Assembly: GCA_963765495.1 (NCBI GenBank)
Contig: CAVXWP010000008.1
Coordinates: 512,001 to 576,000 of the forward strand
Length of the DNA stretch: 64,000 nucleotides
From: Blastocatellia bacterium
GTDB taxonomy: Bacteria > Acidobacteriota > Blastocatellia > UBA7656
Reading direction: 5' to 3'
The notes beneath the pieces are model-generated. The model searched no databases and was not told the DNA's origin. It was given only the letters and a program-made list of their open reading frames with translations. Below, piece by piece: positions 54,879 through 64,000 of this stretch. Every line of letters begins with the position of its first letter. The stretch's first letter is position 1. The translations under genes were made by a program, and so were the position numbers.

Positions 54879-55376
54879 ATGACTTTGAAAAAGCCAAGCC
54901 TGATATTCATTTCTACATTGCTTGTTATCTTTTGCTGGGGCGCGAGCCTGGGGAGACAGCCCGCTGCAACTCCAGACCCCAAGACGGTGACTTCTGTGCT
55001 TGGCACTTGGAAAGGGGAGTCAACCTGTGTCGGCAATCGACCAGCTTGTAAAAATGAGGTCGTCGTTTATCGCTTTGAGGCTATTCCCGGCAAGGTTGGC
55101 GTTATTTTGCAACTGGCCGACAAGATCATCGAGGGTAAGCGTGACCCGATGGGCAAATTGGAGTTTCAATACGACGAGGCGAGAGGTGAGTTGTCGTGCG
55201 AGTTCATGATTCGACAGACGCAAGGCCTTTGGCAGTTCAAGGTGAGTGGAGACACGATGGAAGGGTCATTGATCCTGCTGCCGGACAGGGAGTTGATGCG
55301 ACATGTGATGGTGAAGCGGGTCAAGGATGATGAGGTACCTGCGGCACCGCCGAGAAAGGCGTACGAGAGTGTGTAG
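54879..55376 (+). CDS. Hypothetical secreted beta-rich protein (gene-cassette ORF)
   Basis: Signal peptide, GTWKGESTC..PACKNEVVVY; start may be TTG 54885. Confidence 0.7.
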   Translation: MTLKKPSLIFISTLLVIFCWGASLGRQPAATPDPKTVTSVLGTWKGESTCVGNRPACKNEVVVYRFEAIPGKVGVILQLADKIIEGKRDPMGKLEFQYDEARGELSCEFMIRQTQGLWQFKVSGDTMEGSLILLPDRELMRHVMVKRVKDDEVPAAPPRKAYESV

Positions 55377-55400
55377 GGTTCCACATATATGCAGAGCCGC

Positions 55401-55485
55401 GCCTAACTGCTCATTCCAGTGGACGCGCTTCCCACCTTCTCATGTTCCATCCGACCACAGCGCGCCTCTGAACTCGTCGCCAGGC
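55401..55485 (+). repeat. 85-bp attC site with mutated core (GTT>GCC)
   Basis: GCCTAACTGCTCATTCCAGTGGACGCGC...CCACAGCGCGCCTCTGAACTCGTC-GCCAGGC. Confidence 0.75.
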
Positions 55486-55762
55486 TCTCGCAGATGTCCT
55501 GATATTCTTGGAATGGATGAAACAATGAGCCCCGGTGCCATTCAGTTTTCAGGATGTAGAACTGGAAAATAGAAATAGGCCGGGACGGACGCGGATTGGC
55601 TCATACAGGGTTTGATCCGCATAGATCCGTCCGATCCGCGCCCGCCCCGGCCTACTCGCCTTTTCATTCGAATCAACCTTCAAGTTTTTTTGTCGCATAC
55701 GGCGCGCAAGTTAAAACTGTACGGCCATGATGAGCTCTCCAATTGATTTATAAAAGGTTTAT

Positions 55763-55863
55763 TAATGAAGCTCCTCGCAGCAAGCTGCGAGGTATCGCGC
55801 AAGAGGGGAGGAAATGGAGCCGCAGCAAGCTGCGGGGAATTGCCTGACCCTCCTCAGATTAAA
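55763..55863. mobile_element. About 100-bp non-autonomous IS200/IS605-type element (PATE-like) with two subterminal hairpins
   Basis: CCTCGCAGC-AA-GCTGCGAGG and CCGCAGC-AA-GCTGCGG, no ORF between them. Confidence 0.6.
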
Positions 55864-55920
55864 ATCAGAATTTTTAGAACGCTCGTAGCCAATAGCGCTC
55901 TATTGTGAAACTACCAATAT

Positions 55921-56045
55921 GGAAATCGCACCGGGATATACCACGAAACACACTAAATACACGAATAATTCTTCTATTTCGTGTGCTTCGTGTATTTCGT
56001 GGTTCACTTCTTGTTAAGACAGAATTTCTAAACCGAGAATTGCTG
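55921..56045. mobile_element. Inverted partial copy of the 26500-26643 MITE (one TIR only)
   Basis: Near-identical reverse complement over about 125 bp, ending TCTAAACCGAGAATTGCTG. Confidence 0.8.
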
Positions 56046-57067
56046 ATATTCCAATTCCTCCGGTATCAGAGGCTTGCATGAGTAATACCATCTATACCGG
56101 CAGTAACGCCGCCACTCGGCCTCCCGGCTTCGGTGGTCGTAAGACAGGATTCTCACATGACGGAGAATTAAGCGGCAACCTGGAAAGTAATCCGCATAAT
56201 CAGGTGCACGTCGATGTAGGTGGCATCAATACGGATCAAACGGTCTGGGGACTGATGAGTGATCCAGGACTAGCTGCACTTGACCCGATCTTCTATTTAC
56301 ACCATTCAAACATTGACCGGATGTGGGCAGCCTGGAATGCGAATGGAAACAGCAACCCGACTAATCCAAACTGGCTTAACGGACCCGCATCCATCGGGGA
56401 GCGGGAATTCGTAATGCCACTTCCGGACGGCAGTTCCTGGGTGTATACTCCAGGCGATGTAAATAGTCTCGATCAGTTGGATTATACTTATGATGATCTG
56501 ACTGTGACTGTTTCGCTCCAACCCTCCAACAGGCTTGGCCAAAGGTTGAGGAGATTGGGAGCGGCGCCAGCAGCGGGGAGCATAACGCCGGGAGTTAATA
56601 TGGACAGCGAAGTTAATGCGGAACTCTTCGGAGCCCACGATGGAGATCTTCGGATAAAGAGCTCGGGAGCTCGCGCAACTGTCAAGCTTGATTCCAGCGT
56701 CCGGAAGAACGTGTCTGCGAGTCTCGCGGCAGCTTCTGATGCGAGACCGCCTGATCGGGTATACCTCCAGCTTGAAAATGTCCGAGGAAACATAGACGCA
56801 TTTAAACTCAACGTCTCTGTCAACCAACAGCGTGCAGGAACTGTTGCACTTTTCGGACTTCGGAGGGCTAGCTTAAAGGACGGCGGGCACGGCGGCCAGG
56901 GGCTCACCTTCGTATTGGACATCACGGATATCATCGACAATCTGTTCCTTAACAATGCTCTCGATGCGGATTCGCTCGATGTGAGGATTGAGCCCAATCA
57001 TGCTGTTCCGGATAGTGCGGCGCTCACGGTCGGGCGAGTCAGCATCTACCGCCAAGGGGAGCAATGA
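56045..57067 (+). pseudogene. 5'-truncated tyrosinase/polyphenol oxidase (CuB site and C-terminal domain only)
   Basis: PHNQVHVDVGG...DPIFYLHHSNIDRMW CuB motif; no CuA histidines; the frame runs into the MITE end and stops at TAA 56015. Confidence 0.8.
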
Positions 57068-57207
57068 TAATAAGTACCCGAGAGCGTGCACGGGTTACTA
57101 TCCCGATACTGCTCATAAGCCTGGTAACGTGGATGATGCTTCTGGTAAATCCCGGAAGCATCATGACCATTGCCCACTGTCCGGTAACAGACTCGGGAGC
57201 ATCACTA
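57064..57207 (+). pseudogene. N-terminus of a membrane protein coupled to the tyrosinase (possibly DUF2182-like), cut by IS630
   Basis: ATGA overlap; MIISTRERARVTIPILLISLVTWMMLLVNPGSIMTIAHC...ASL, then the IS end. Confidence 0.5.
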
Positions 57208-58593
57208 GTGGAGCCTTTCAAAAGTATTCCACCTTGCTAAACCGTCAGCGGTCGCCCCTTGTAAGTCCACTTGAACGGTTTCGCCAGTGTCTGATTGAAG
57301 TAGTCGATGAACTCCAGAATTCTCTGGCGCAGTTCGTCGGTTGATTTGAACGAGGCGCGTTTGAGTAGACGACGTACCAGAATGCTGAACCACATCTCAA
57401 TCTGATTGAGCCACGAGCAATGCTTCGGCGTGTAAACAAACCGAATGCGGTGTTGGCTGCGACTCAGAAACTCGGCGCGACTGCTCATTGACTTCAGGAT
57501 TCCGGATTTGCCTTTCTCGCCCAGATCATCTGGGTAACCGATCTGGGCGGCGACCCAGGCGACCAGTGATTCCGATTGATGGGTGTTGAGTTGATCAGAG
57601 ATAAATATCCATTGATCATTGGGAGCCGTGGCAACGGTCTGGGCGATATGGGCGACGAAGTCGGCTTCCGTCCGCGTCGCACCCAGACTGGGCGCAAGTG
57701 GTTTTCCGGTCGCCACCTCGAAGTTGGCGATCAAGCATTGTGTGCCATGCCGAATGTATTCGTACTCCTGGCGCTCGATCTGGCCAGCCTGATCGGCCAA
57801 GCCGGGCTGCATCAGCTTTGTCGGTGCGGCGCGTTCCAGCGCCTGAATGCCAGTCTTTTCGTCCGTGCTCATCAGATGAATGCCTTGTTCGTGCAGTCGC
57901 GGCGCTTGCTCGTAAAGATCGCACACGGTTTTGACTTGTTCGCCGAACGCTTCCGAGTCACGCTCTGGGGCGTTAAGCCAGTATTCACTCCGATGCGGTT
58001 TTAAATCGGTCTGATTTTAAAAAACGCCCGACACTCGACGCCGAGATGCTTGCAACGATCTGGCGTTTGACGACTTCATCGGCTAACTCCGACGGCGTCC
58101 AATGACTGATCGGGCGGGCACTTTTAGCTGTCGCTTCACAGGCGACGGCGACGATCTGCACGATCTGTTCGGCGGTGAAGGTCGGCGGCGTTCCACGACG
58201 CGGCAGATCGCTTAGGCTGGCGACGATCAGTTCGCGCATCTGCTTGTCGCTTTGGTTGGCGACTTCGGCCTGCTGTAGTTTGGGCAGCAGAGCAAGCCAG
58301 CGATTGCGCCACTTACGTACCACGGCGCGATCCATTTGGTGCTGACGGGCGAGTTCGTTATTACCGACGCCAGTGGCCATCGCCAACATCATCAAGGCAC
58401 GAACGACCAGCCGGTATTCTGTGCTGCGTTGCCTGGCGATTTCTTCAACTATCTTTCGCGATCTCTCTGAGAGATCAATCTTCGGGGAAGTTTGGTTTGG
58501 CATCTGTCGCTCCCAGCCCTTGATGTAGATTGCTTCAGATGCTGATTCTACCATTCAAAGAACAAGGTGGAGAATTTCAGAAAGGCTCCACTA
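57206..58593 (-). mobile_element. IS630-family insertion sequence, complete (about 1.39 kb)
   Basis: Ends CTAGTGGAGCCTTTC..CCACCTTG on both sides at CTAG/TA; orfA HTH (DLPRRGTPPTF) and orfB DDE (STDEKTG, SDQLNTH, WLNQIE). Confidence 0.93.
57237..58503 (-). CDS. IS630 transposase in two frames joined at a T6A4 slippage motif
   Basis: orfA ends GRFLKSDRF; the +1 frame continues NQTDLKPHRSEYWLN; motif at 58015-58024. Confidence 0.85.
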
Positions 58594-58894
58594 GTGGTCT
58601 GACCCTGCCATTCGATTTCGGGATGTACACTCGGCGCACAGGTTGAGGTTTAAACGTCTCTGAGTGCAACTGTTGTCTGAGTCGTTGAAGATTTTCTTCA
58701 AGCTTCTCATCGAAGTGGCGCATGTTTATGCCGTCACAGCCTGCGGTGATACTGCCCACATTTTGCTTAACATAATCGTGAGCCAGTTGCAGCCAGTCCT
58801 TGTCATAGAGAAGGTGGTATAAGTCAAAGAAGCGGTGCTCTTTGTCTTGCTCCGCCCATAAGCTAAGTTTCCTTTGCATTTCACCGACATTCAT
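58592..58894 (-). pseudogene. ltrA: Group II intron reverse transcriptase/maturase N-terminal fragment
   Basis: MQRKLSLW..RFFDLY, TAGCDG, PVRRVYIPKSNGRVRPL, then IS630 sequence. Confidence 0.88.
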
Positions 58895-59545
58895 AGAGAT
58901 TCCTCAGTGTTGACATTCGGTTAATCTTGCGCCGGAATCCCGACAAACTGCGGCCCTTCGCCCTGTGGCTGGCTTTCCCAATCTCTGACTACTATGACCG
59001 CTCCGACTCTCGCCACCGGCATTGGTGGACTGCTCACCTTCACATCCGGTGGTGAGGCTCCCACGTTCACCAGATTGGACTCGGCAAAACTTAGGCGGGG
59101 ATTATCAACACAACCCATCCCGCGCTCTGCGGTATCCCGACCAGATGCAGGGTAAGTCAGGTGACCTGCATCAACCATTGGGCTGGCCTATATGCGTGAC
59201 CAGTTTGGGTAACCCCTCTGAGCCATGACTACATTGGGATTTGGCCGCTGCCCCGTAAATCCATTGGCCCTTGATGTGATCTCCATCCAACGGCTATGTA
59301 AGATATTACGTAACAGGGAAGGCATTTTCCGTAGGTTGAAACTCCCTTGGTTTGAACTCGCCGTATTGCCTCTGAGTCAAGCCTGTCATCTTGGCGGCTT
59401 GCATCGCGCCGCAACAGTACCTTTTAGGAGCAGCTATCTCACCGCTGCTTTGCATCGGGCAGAGGCTTCGCTCCAAAGACTCACCGCCTACCTGTATAGA
59501 CGGTGGGATTTTCCATCCATTCCAATCTGGCGCTTCGTGGCGCAC
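58594..59545 (-). mobile_element. 5' half of a group II intron (DI-DIII and start of RT ORF), truncated by IS630
   Basis: 5' boundary GTGCG at 59545; DIII-like GGAGCGGTCATAGTAGTC..GGGAAAGCC..GGCGAAGGG; RT N-terminus downstream. Confidence 0.88.
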
Positions 59546-60065
59546 CATGGCTTTTCCTTTCTAAAAATTCTGTTTTATGAAGGCAGGCTGGAGGGGTCAT
59601 ACTTGCCTAATTGGATGAGTACCATCGAGGCATGACATTGCAGGTCATTCAACTGGAAGCAACCCACAATCCTACATATACAGGTCAGCTTCATTCTGTT
59701 ATGCAAATCTATGACGCGGATCACAGTTGAGCGTGATATAGGGCACTAAGAAGGTAACCTTATTTTGATAGCTGCAATTTAACAACTACCCGAAGTCTTT
59801 TGCTACAGAAGATGGTTGAGCAATCACGCCGCCGAGCCACCTCTATTGATTATCAATTGCATCCAGCGGGGCGCGCGAAGCTCGATCATAGATTCTTATG
59901 CTGTCATTGTTTAGGGGCGGCAATAAAGATGCTTTCCTGATTTGTTCCTGCGGCTATTGAATCGAAGGTTGAAAAGTGGTAATTATTGCGCCGTCGCCTC
60001 CAATGTCAGACAATCTTGGCGAGGGTTTGATTTGTTCCCCTCCGATCAACTAGAGGCGCTAACTT

Positions 60066-60373
60066 ATGCAACAAGTAGATCAAATTACAGTTATCAACAA
60101 AGGCGCTTTGTCATGAAGTTCAGAGTTGAGTGGAGCAACGGCGGTGTTTCCGGCTGGACTGATGAGTACCCGGTTGACAAATCAGCTTCGCTAAACCTGA
60201 ATAACTTCGCAATCCCCGACGGAGATGAGGTCAAAGTAGAAGTTAAAGCGGAAGCAGGAGAACATAAGCATACACACGAGTCGGTAACATTCAAGCGGGA
60301 TAGCGGCAGTAACGCTACCTACGTTGCTAAAGGGACTACCTTTGATATTCATGTTGATCTAAAAGAAGACTAA
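60066..60373 (+). CDS. Small beta-sandwich protein resembling a stand-alone cholesterol-dependent-cytolysin domain 4, with an apparent 1-nt deletion near 60107
   Basis: SD GAGG + MQQVDQITVINKG, -1 frame FVMKFRVEW...YPVDKSASLNL..IPDG..YVAKGTTF. Confidence 0.5.
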
Positions 60374-60623
60374 AGTACATCGTTTACAGGCGCTTGCTGC
60401 AATTGTCAATGTTTCCCGCTGGGCTCCTGCGCTGATACTACCTGATCGCGTCGAGCACTTATTACGGACTGCGCTCGCCTCGAGATGCGGGGCAAGGAAC
60501 TCCCGAGGCCCGCGCTGGGCTCGTCGGGCGGCAGGGCGGCTATCGAAGAAGCTCAAATAACGGGTTGAGAGATGGTGCTAATATCCACGATTAAACGCAT
60601 GGCTACCTTCTGAGGAACGAGAT

Positions 60624-62708
60624 ATGACTGCTGAATTGGAAGATCTGCGAAAGACTGCTGAGAAATTATCTGTTTTGTTGAGGGTGATGAGAATTTTCTC
60701 ACAAGAACTCGATCGCGATTACTTGCTCCCGTTGATACTAAAAGAGATTACTCTGGCGATGGATGCCGATAGAAGCACTCTCTTCTTGCTAGATGAAGAA
60801 TCAGGGGAACTCTGGTCCAAAGTGGCTCAAGGAACAGGTGTTACAGAGATTCGCTTCTCGAAGAATCTGGGTATCGCTGGTTACGTAGCTACTATGGGCG
60901 AGACGGTTAATATCCCAGATGCTTACCAAGACCCGCGCTTCAACCCGGATGTAGACCGCAAGACTGGTTACCGCACCAAGACTCTACTATGTACTCCAAT
61001 TAGGGACGAGCGAGGAAAGATCATAGGTGTCGTCCAGGTCATTAACAAAAGCGGCGGACTCTTCACAGAGAATGATGAAGATTTGCTTCAGGCACTAGGC
61101 GCTCAGGCAGCCATCGCTTTGGAGAACGCTAGGCTGACTGCTCAACTTACAGACAGGATCGAGCGCACCGAATCTCTTTTAGATTTAATGCACTCTTTTA
61201 CATCCGAGCTTGAGCGTGACAGATTGCTGCCGGTCATTATGGAGAAAACCACCAAAGCCATGAAGGCGGACAGGAGCACGCTGTTCCTTATCGACCGGAA
61301 GACTGACGAACTCTTTTCCCGCGTGGCACAGGGTGAAAGCACCAACGAGATTCGCTTCCCCCTCAATCGCGGTATCGCGGGCTATGTAGCTACTACCGGT
61401 GAGACACTCAATATTAAGGATGCCTATAGCGATCCACGGTTCAACCCCGATGTAGATCGCAAGAGTGGCTATCATACCTCAACAATCCTTTGCATGCCGA
61501 TTAAGAACTCAGAGGGAGAAATTCTAGGAGCGGTACAGGTGCTGAACAAAAAAGGAGGATTCTTCACTACTGGAGACGAAGAATTTCTTGGCGCACTGGC
61601 CTCTCAGGCGGCAATCGCACTCGACAACTCGAACCTCTTTGAAGAGGTGGTCAACATCAAGAATTACAACGAACGCATCCTGAGAGACATGGCTACGGGC
61701 GTTCTAACCCTAGACGAATGCGGTCGTCTCAGCATGGTGAACCCGGCAGCCGAAAGAATGTTTTCTATCGAAAGGAAATCTGCCTTGGGCCTTCGTTACG
61801 ACCAGGCTTTGTACGAAGCGGGAAACCGCGATTTTATCAATGCCATAGCGGAAGTGCAGGCTAAAGGGGAAAAGTACTCCGGCTATGACGTGAAATACCT
61901 GTTGCCTGACGATCAAGGCAGTGTCAACTTCAATATCAATATCGTTCCTCTCAAAAATCGCAAAGGACAATCCATGGGCCAAGTCTTAGTCTTAGAAGAC
62001 ATCACTCAAGAACAGCGCATGATGTCCACACTCTCGCGGTACGTTGGCAGGGGGGTAGCCGAACAACTCGTCAAGAACAAAGACAGTCTCAGGCTGGGCG
62101 GCGTAAGGACTAAGGTGACGATCCTGTTTTCCGATATCCGAGGATTTACGACTCTCACCGAAGGCTTTGCCGCCGAAGAAATCGTAGAACTTCTAAACAA
62201 CTATTTCTCCCGGATGGTGCGCGTCATTTTTGATCAAGGAGGAACGCTCGACAAGTTCATCGGAGACGCGGTCATGGCGGTCTTTGGCGCGCCGGTCCGG
62301 CACGAAGACGGCCCAATTCGAGCGGTCAAGGCAGCGCTGGATATGAGGAAGGAACTGGCTGTTTTCAATGCGAGCCGACGTGCAAAAGGTTTGATCGAAA
62401 TCGAGAACGGTATCGGCATCGGTTATGGCGATACCATATCAGGCAATATAGGTTCGGAGCAACGAATGGATTATACTGTCATCGGAGATTCCGTAAATCT
62501 ATCATCGCGGCTGGAGTCTCTAAGTAAGGACTACCCGCAGAAGATTGTTATAAGCGAATCGGTATATGAAGATATCAAAGACCAAGTTGAATGTGTCCCC
62601 TTAGCAGTAGTCAAAGTTAAAGGCAAAACTCAAGAGACGAGGATTTATGGCATAAACGACGAGGCTGTTGTGGGATCTTCTCCGGATTTGCCCCCGAAGG
62701 CTGGATAA
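60624..62708 (+). CDS. Class III adenylate cyclase, GAF-GAF-PAS-cyclase (CyaB-like)
   Basis: Two GAF domains with NK..F...DE, PAS (VNPAAERMF), FSDIRGFT, DKFIGDAVM, YTVIGDSVNLSSRLE. Confidence 0.93.
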   Translation: MTAELEDLRKTAEKLSVLLRVMRIFSQELDRDYLLPLILKEITLAMDADRSTLFLLDEESGELWSKVAQGTGVTEIRFSKNLGIAGYVATMGETVNIPDAYQDPRFNPDVDRKTGYRTKTLLCTPIRDERGKIIGVVQVINKSGGLFTENDEDLLQALGAQAAIALENARLTAQLTDRIERTESLLDLMHSFTSELERDRLLPVIMEKTTKAMKADRSTLFLIDRKTDELFSRVAQGESTNEIRFPLNRGIAGYVATTGETLNIKDAYSDPRFNPDVDRKSGYHTSTILCMPIKNSEGEILGAVQVLNKKGGFFTTGDEEFLGALASQAAIALDNSNLFEEVVNIKNYNERILRDMATGVLTLDECGRLSMVNPAAERMFSIERKSALGLRYDQALYEAGNRDFINAIAEVQAKGEKYSGYDVKYLLPDDQGSVNFNINIVPLKNRKGQSMGQVLVLEDITQEQRMMSTLSRYVGRGVAEQLVKNKDSLRLGGVRTKVTILFSDIRGFTTLTEGFAAEEIVELLNNYFSRMVRVIFDQGGTLDKFIGDAVMAVFGAPVRHEDGPIRAVKAALDMRKELAVFNASRRAKGLIEIENGIGIGYGDTISGNIGSEQRMDYTVIGDSVNLSSRLESLSKDYPQKIVISESVYEDIKDQVECVPLAVVKVKGKTQETRIYGINDEAVVGSSPDLPPKAG

Positions 62709-62809
62709 AGGCTTTTTTAACCAACTCTCTACTCTTCAGGGGAAGGTTCCGCTTGTGACTAAAGTGTAAGAAGTCACTCCTTTATTGCCGTAAAGGAACT
62801 GACTGTGCG

Positions 62810-62849
62810 AACAGAAGCCTGGTAACATAAGGGTTACCGGGCTTTCTGT
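62810..62849. terminator. Hairpin downstream of the cyclase gene
   Basis: ACAGAAGCCTGGTAAC-ATAAGG-GTTACCGGGCTTTCTGT. Confidence 0.5.
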
Positions 62850-62920
62850 ATGTCAATGGATGGATTCTCTTCCAAGCAGGTCGAACAATTGCTGCTTAGC
62901 TCATCTCTGCATAAGCGTCA

Positions 62921-63181
62921 TCAAACGTCATACAATAATCTCAGCAGCACATCCACAGGGCAGGGGTTCAGCAGAGAGCAAAAGCAAGCCAGGTTATAGC
63001 CTCGTAGCGGCTCAAGCCATCGCGGATCTATGGCGAGCTGCTGGTCAACATCGGCCTCGTGAAGCGTCAGGCAATTCTCAGCAGTCACACCGTTTTTACC
63101 TATGCGATGACGGTTGCCCCATTTACAGCGGTTTGCAAACGAGTGAGTAGAGTTTTTCATTTTTTCAATGTTCATCAGCAA
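62921..63181 (-). pseudogene. Degenerate DUF4326-like gene
   Basis: KWGN and LRGYNLACFC..PCPVDVLL resemble DUF4326 WGNPF / LRGKNLACWC..CHADVL but are altered. Confidence 0.5.
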
Positions 63182-63495
63182 CCCTCAGACGACTTTGTCT
63201 ATTCGTTCGATTGCAAACCGCTGTAGTTGGGGCGATGCGAGCGCCCCAACTAAATCTATGCTGCGCGCTGGCCAAGTTCTTGACGCTCGTAATCAGAGCA
63301 ATTCGATACTCGCGGTGCATTCGTTCGATCTCGTCTGTAAGCCTCGACTGCGTAATCGGTTCAGATTCCCTCTTGATCGTCTGTTGCCATTATCTTGATA
63401 TAGGGGGTTCAAATGCATCCGAGCGATCTGCGGCTTGCCCAATTGCCGCACTGATAGAGAGACTAACCACTTTCCGTTTAAGCCCTGTTTCGCCC

Positions 63496-64000
63496 TAGTG
63501 GAGCCTTTCAAAAGTATTCCACCTTGCTAAACCGTCAGCGGTCGCCCCTTGTAAGTCCACTTGAACGGTTTCGCCAGTGTCTGATTGAAGTAGTCGATGA
63601 ACTCCAGAATTCTCTGGCGCAGTTCGTCGGTTGATTTGAACGAGGCGCGTTTGAGTAGACGACGTACCAGAATGCTGAACCACATCTCAATCTGATTGAG
63701 CCACGAGCAATGCTTCGGCGTGTAAACAAACCGAATGCGGTGTTGGCTGCGACTCAGAAACTCGGCGCGACTGCTCATTGACTTCAGGATTCCGGATTTG
63801 CCTTTCTCGCCCAGATCATCTGGGTAACCGATCTGGGCGGCGACCCAGGCGACCAGTGATTCCGATTGATGGGTGTTGAGTTGATCAGAGATAAATATCC
63901 ATTGATCATTGGGAGCCGTGGCAACGGTCTGGGCGATATGGGCGACGAAGTCGGCTTCCGTCCGCGTCGCACCCAGACTGGGCGCAAGTGGTTTTCCGGT
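63496..64000 (-). mobile_element. Second IS630 copy, same orientation, runs off the window
   Basis: Reads identical to 57206 onward over the visible ~500 bp; inserted at CTAG. Confidence 0.93.

Noticed and set aside
58577-58894. RT fragment as a retron, DGR or defence RT
   Set aside because: Preceded by a GTGCG boundary and DIII-like RNA, so it is a group II intron; the catalytic YADD region is absent
59853-59920. Possible ninth attC (ATCCAGCGGGGCGCGC...GTTTAGG)
   Set aside because: No RYYYAAC box and no complementary right arm

Overview
Bacterial chromosomal window, probably Acidobacteriota (inferred from the acidobacterial-type VWA protein, the BACON-bearing S8 protease and the Zn-ribbon Ser/Thr kinase). 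Positions 1-44.5 kb are mostly housekeeping: modBC, two glycogen/glucan synthases, rnz, acpS, a CarH-like B12 regulator, a sigma70 factor, ABC1 and Ser/Thr kinases, a sigma54-promoted TPP-oxidase/enolase/ASRT/FAD-FeS operon, purA, trxA, uppS, pip, hemEHY, pyrRBC and a UbiD-family decarboxylase. From about 44.6 kb to the end is a decaying plasticity region. It holds about 8 co-oriented intact or broken attC sites with no integrase in the window (CALIN-like), interleaved with hicBA, DUF819, katG, VWA, SIMPL and secreted orphan genes. It also holds an IS903-type remnant, an IS200/IS605-type mini-element, MITEs, a truncated tyrosinase operon, two IS630 copies, half of a group II intron inserted directly after an SD-ATG, and a GAF-GAF-PAS adenylate cyclase. 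Three signals are missed by the ORF track: (1) an in-frame TGA at a Cys position (VKPG-TGA-GCT) followed by a SECIS-like hairpin, joining two ORFs into a probable secreted DUF1573 selenoprotein; (2) a wHTH-STAND NTPase-transmembrane gene split by a -1 shift at a T7 run; (3) the attC array itself. All calls come from reading the sequence by eye; no database searches were run.
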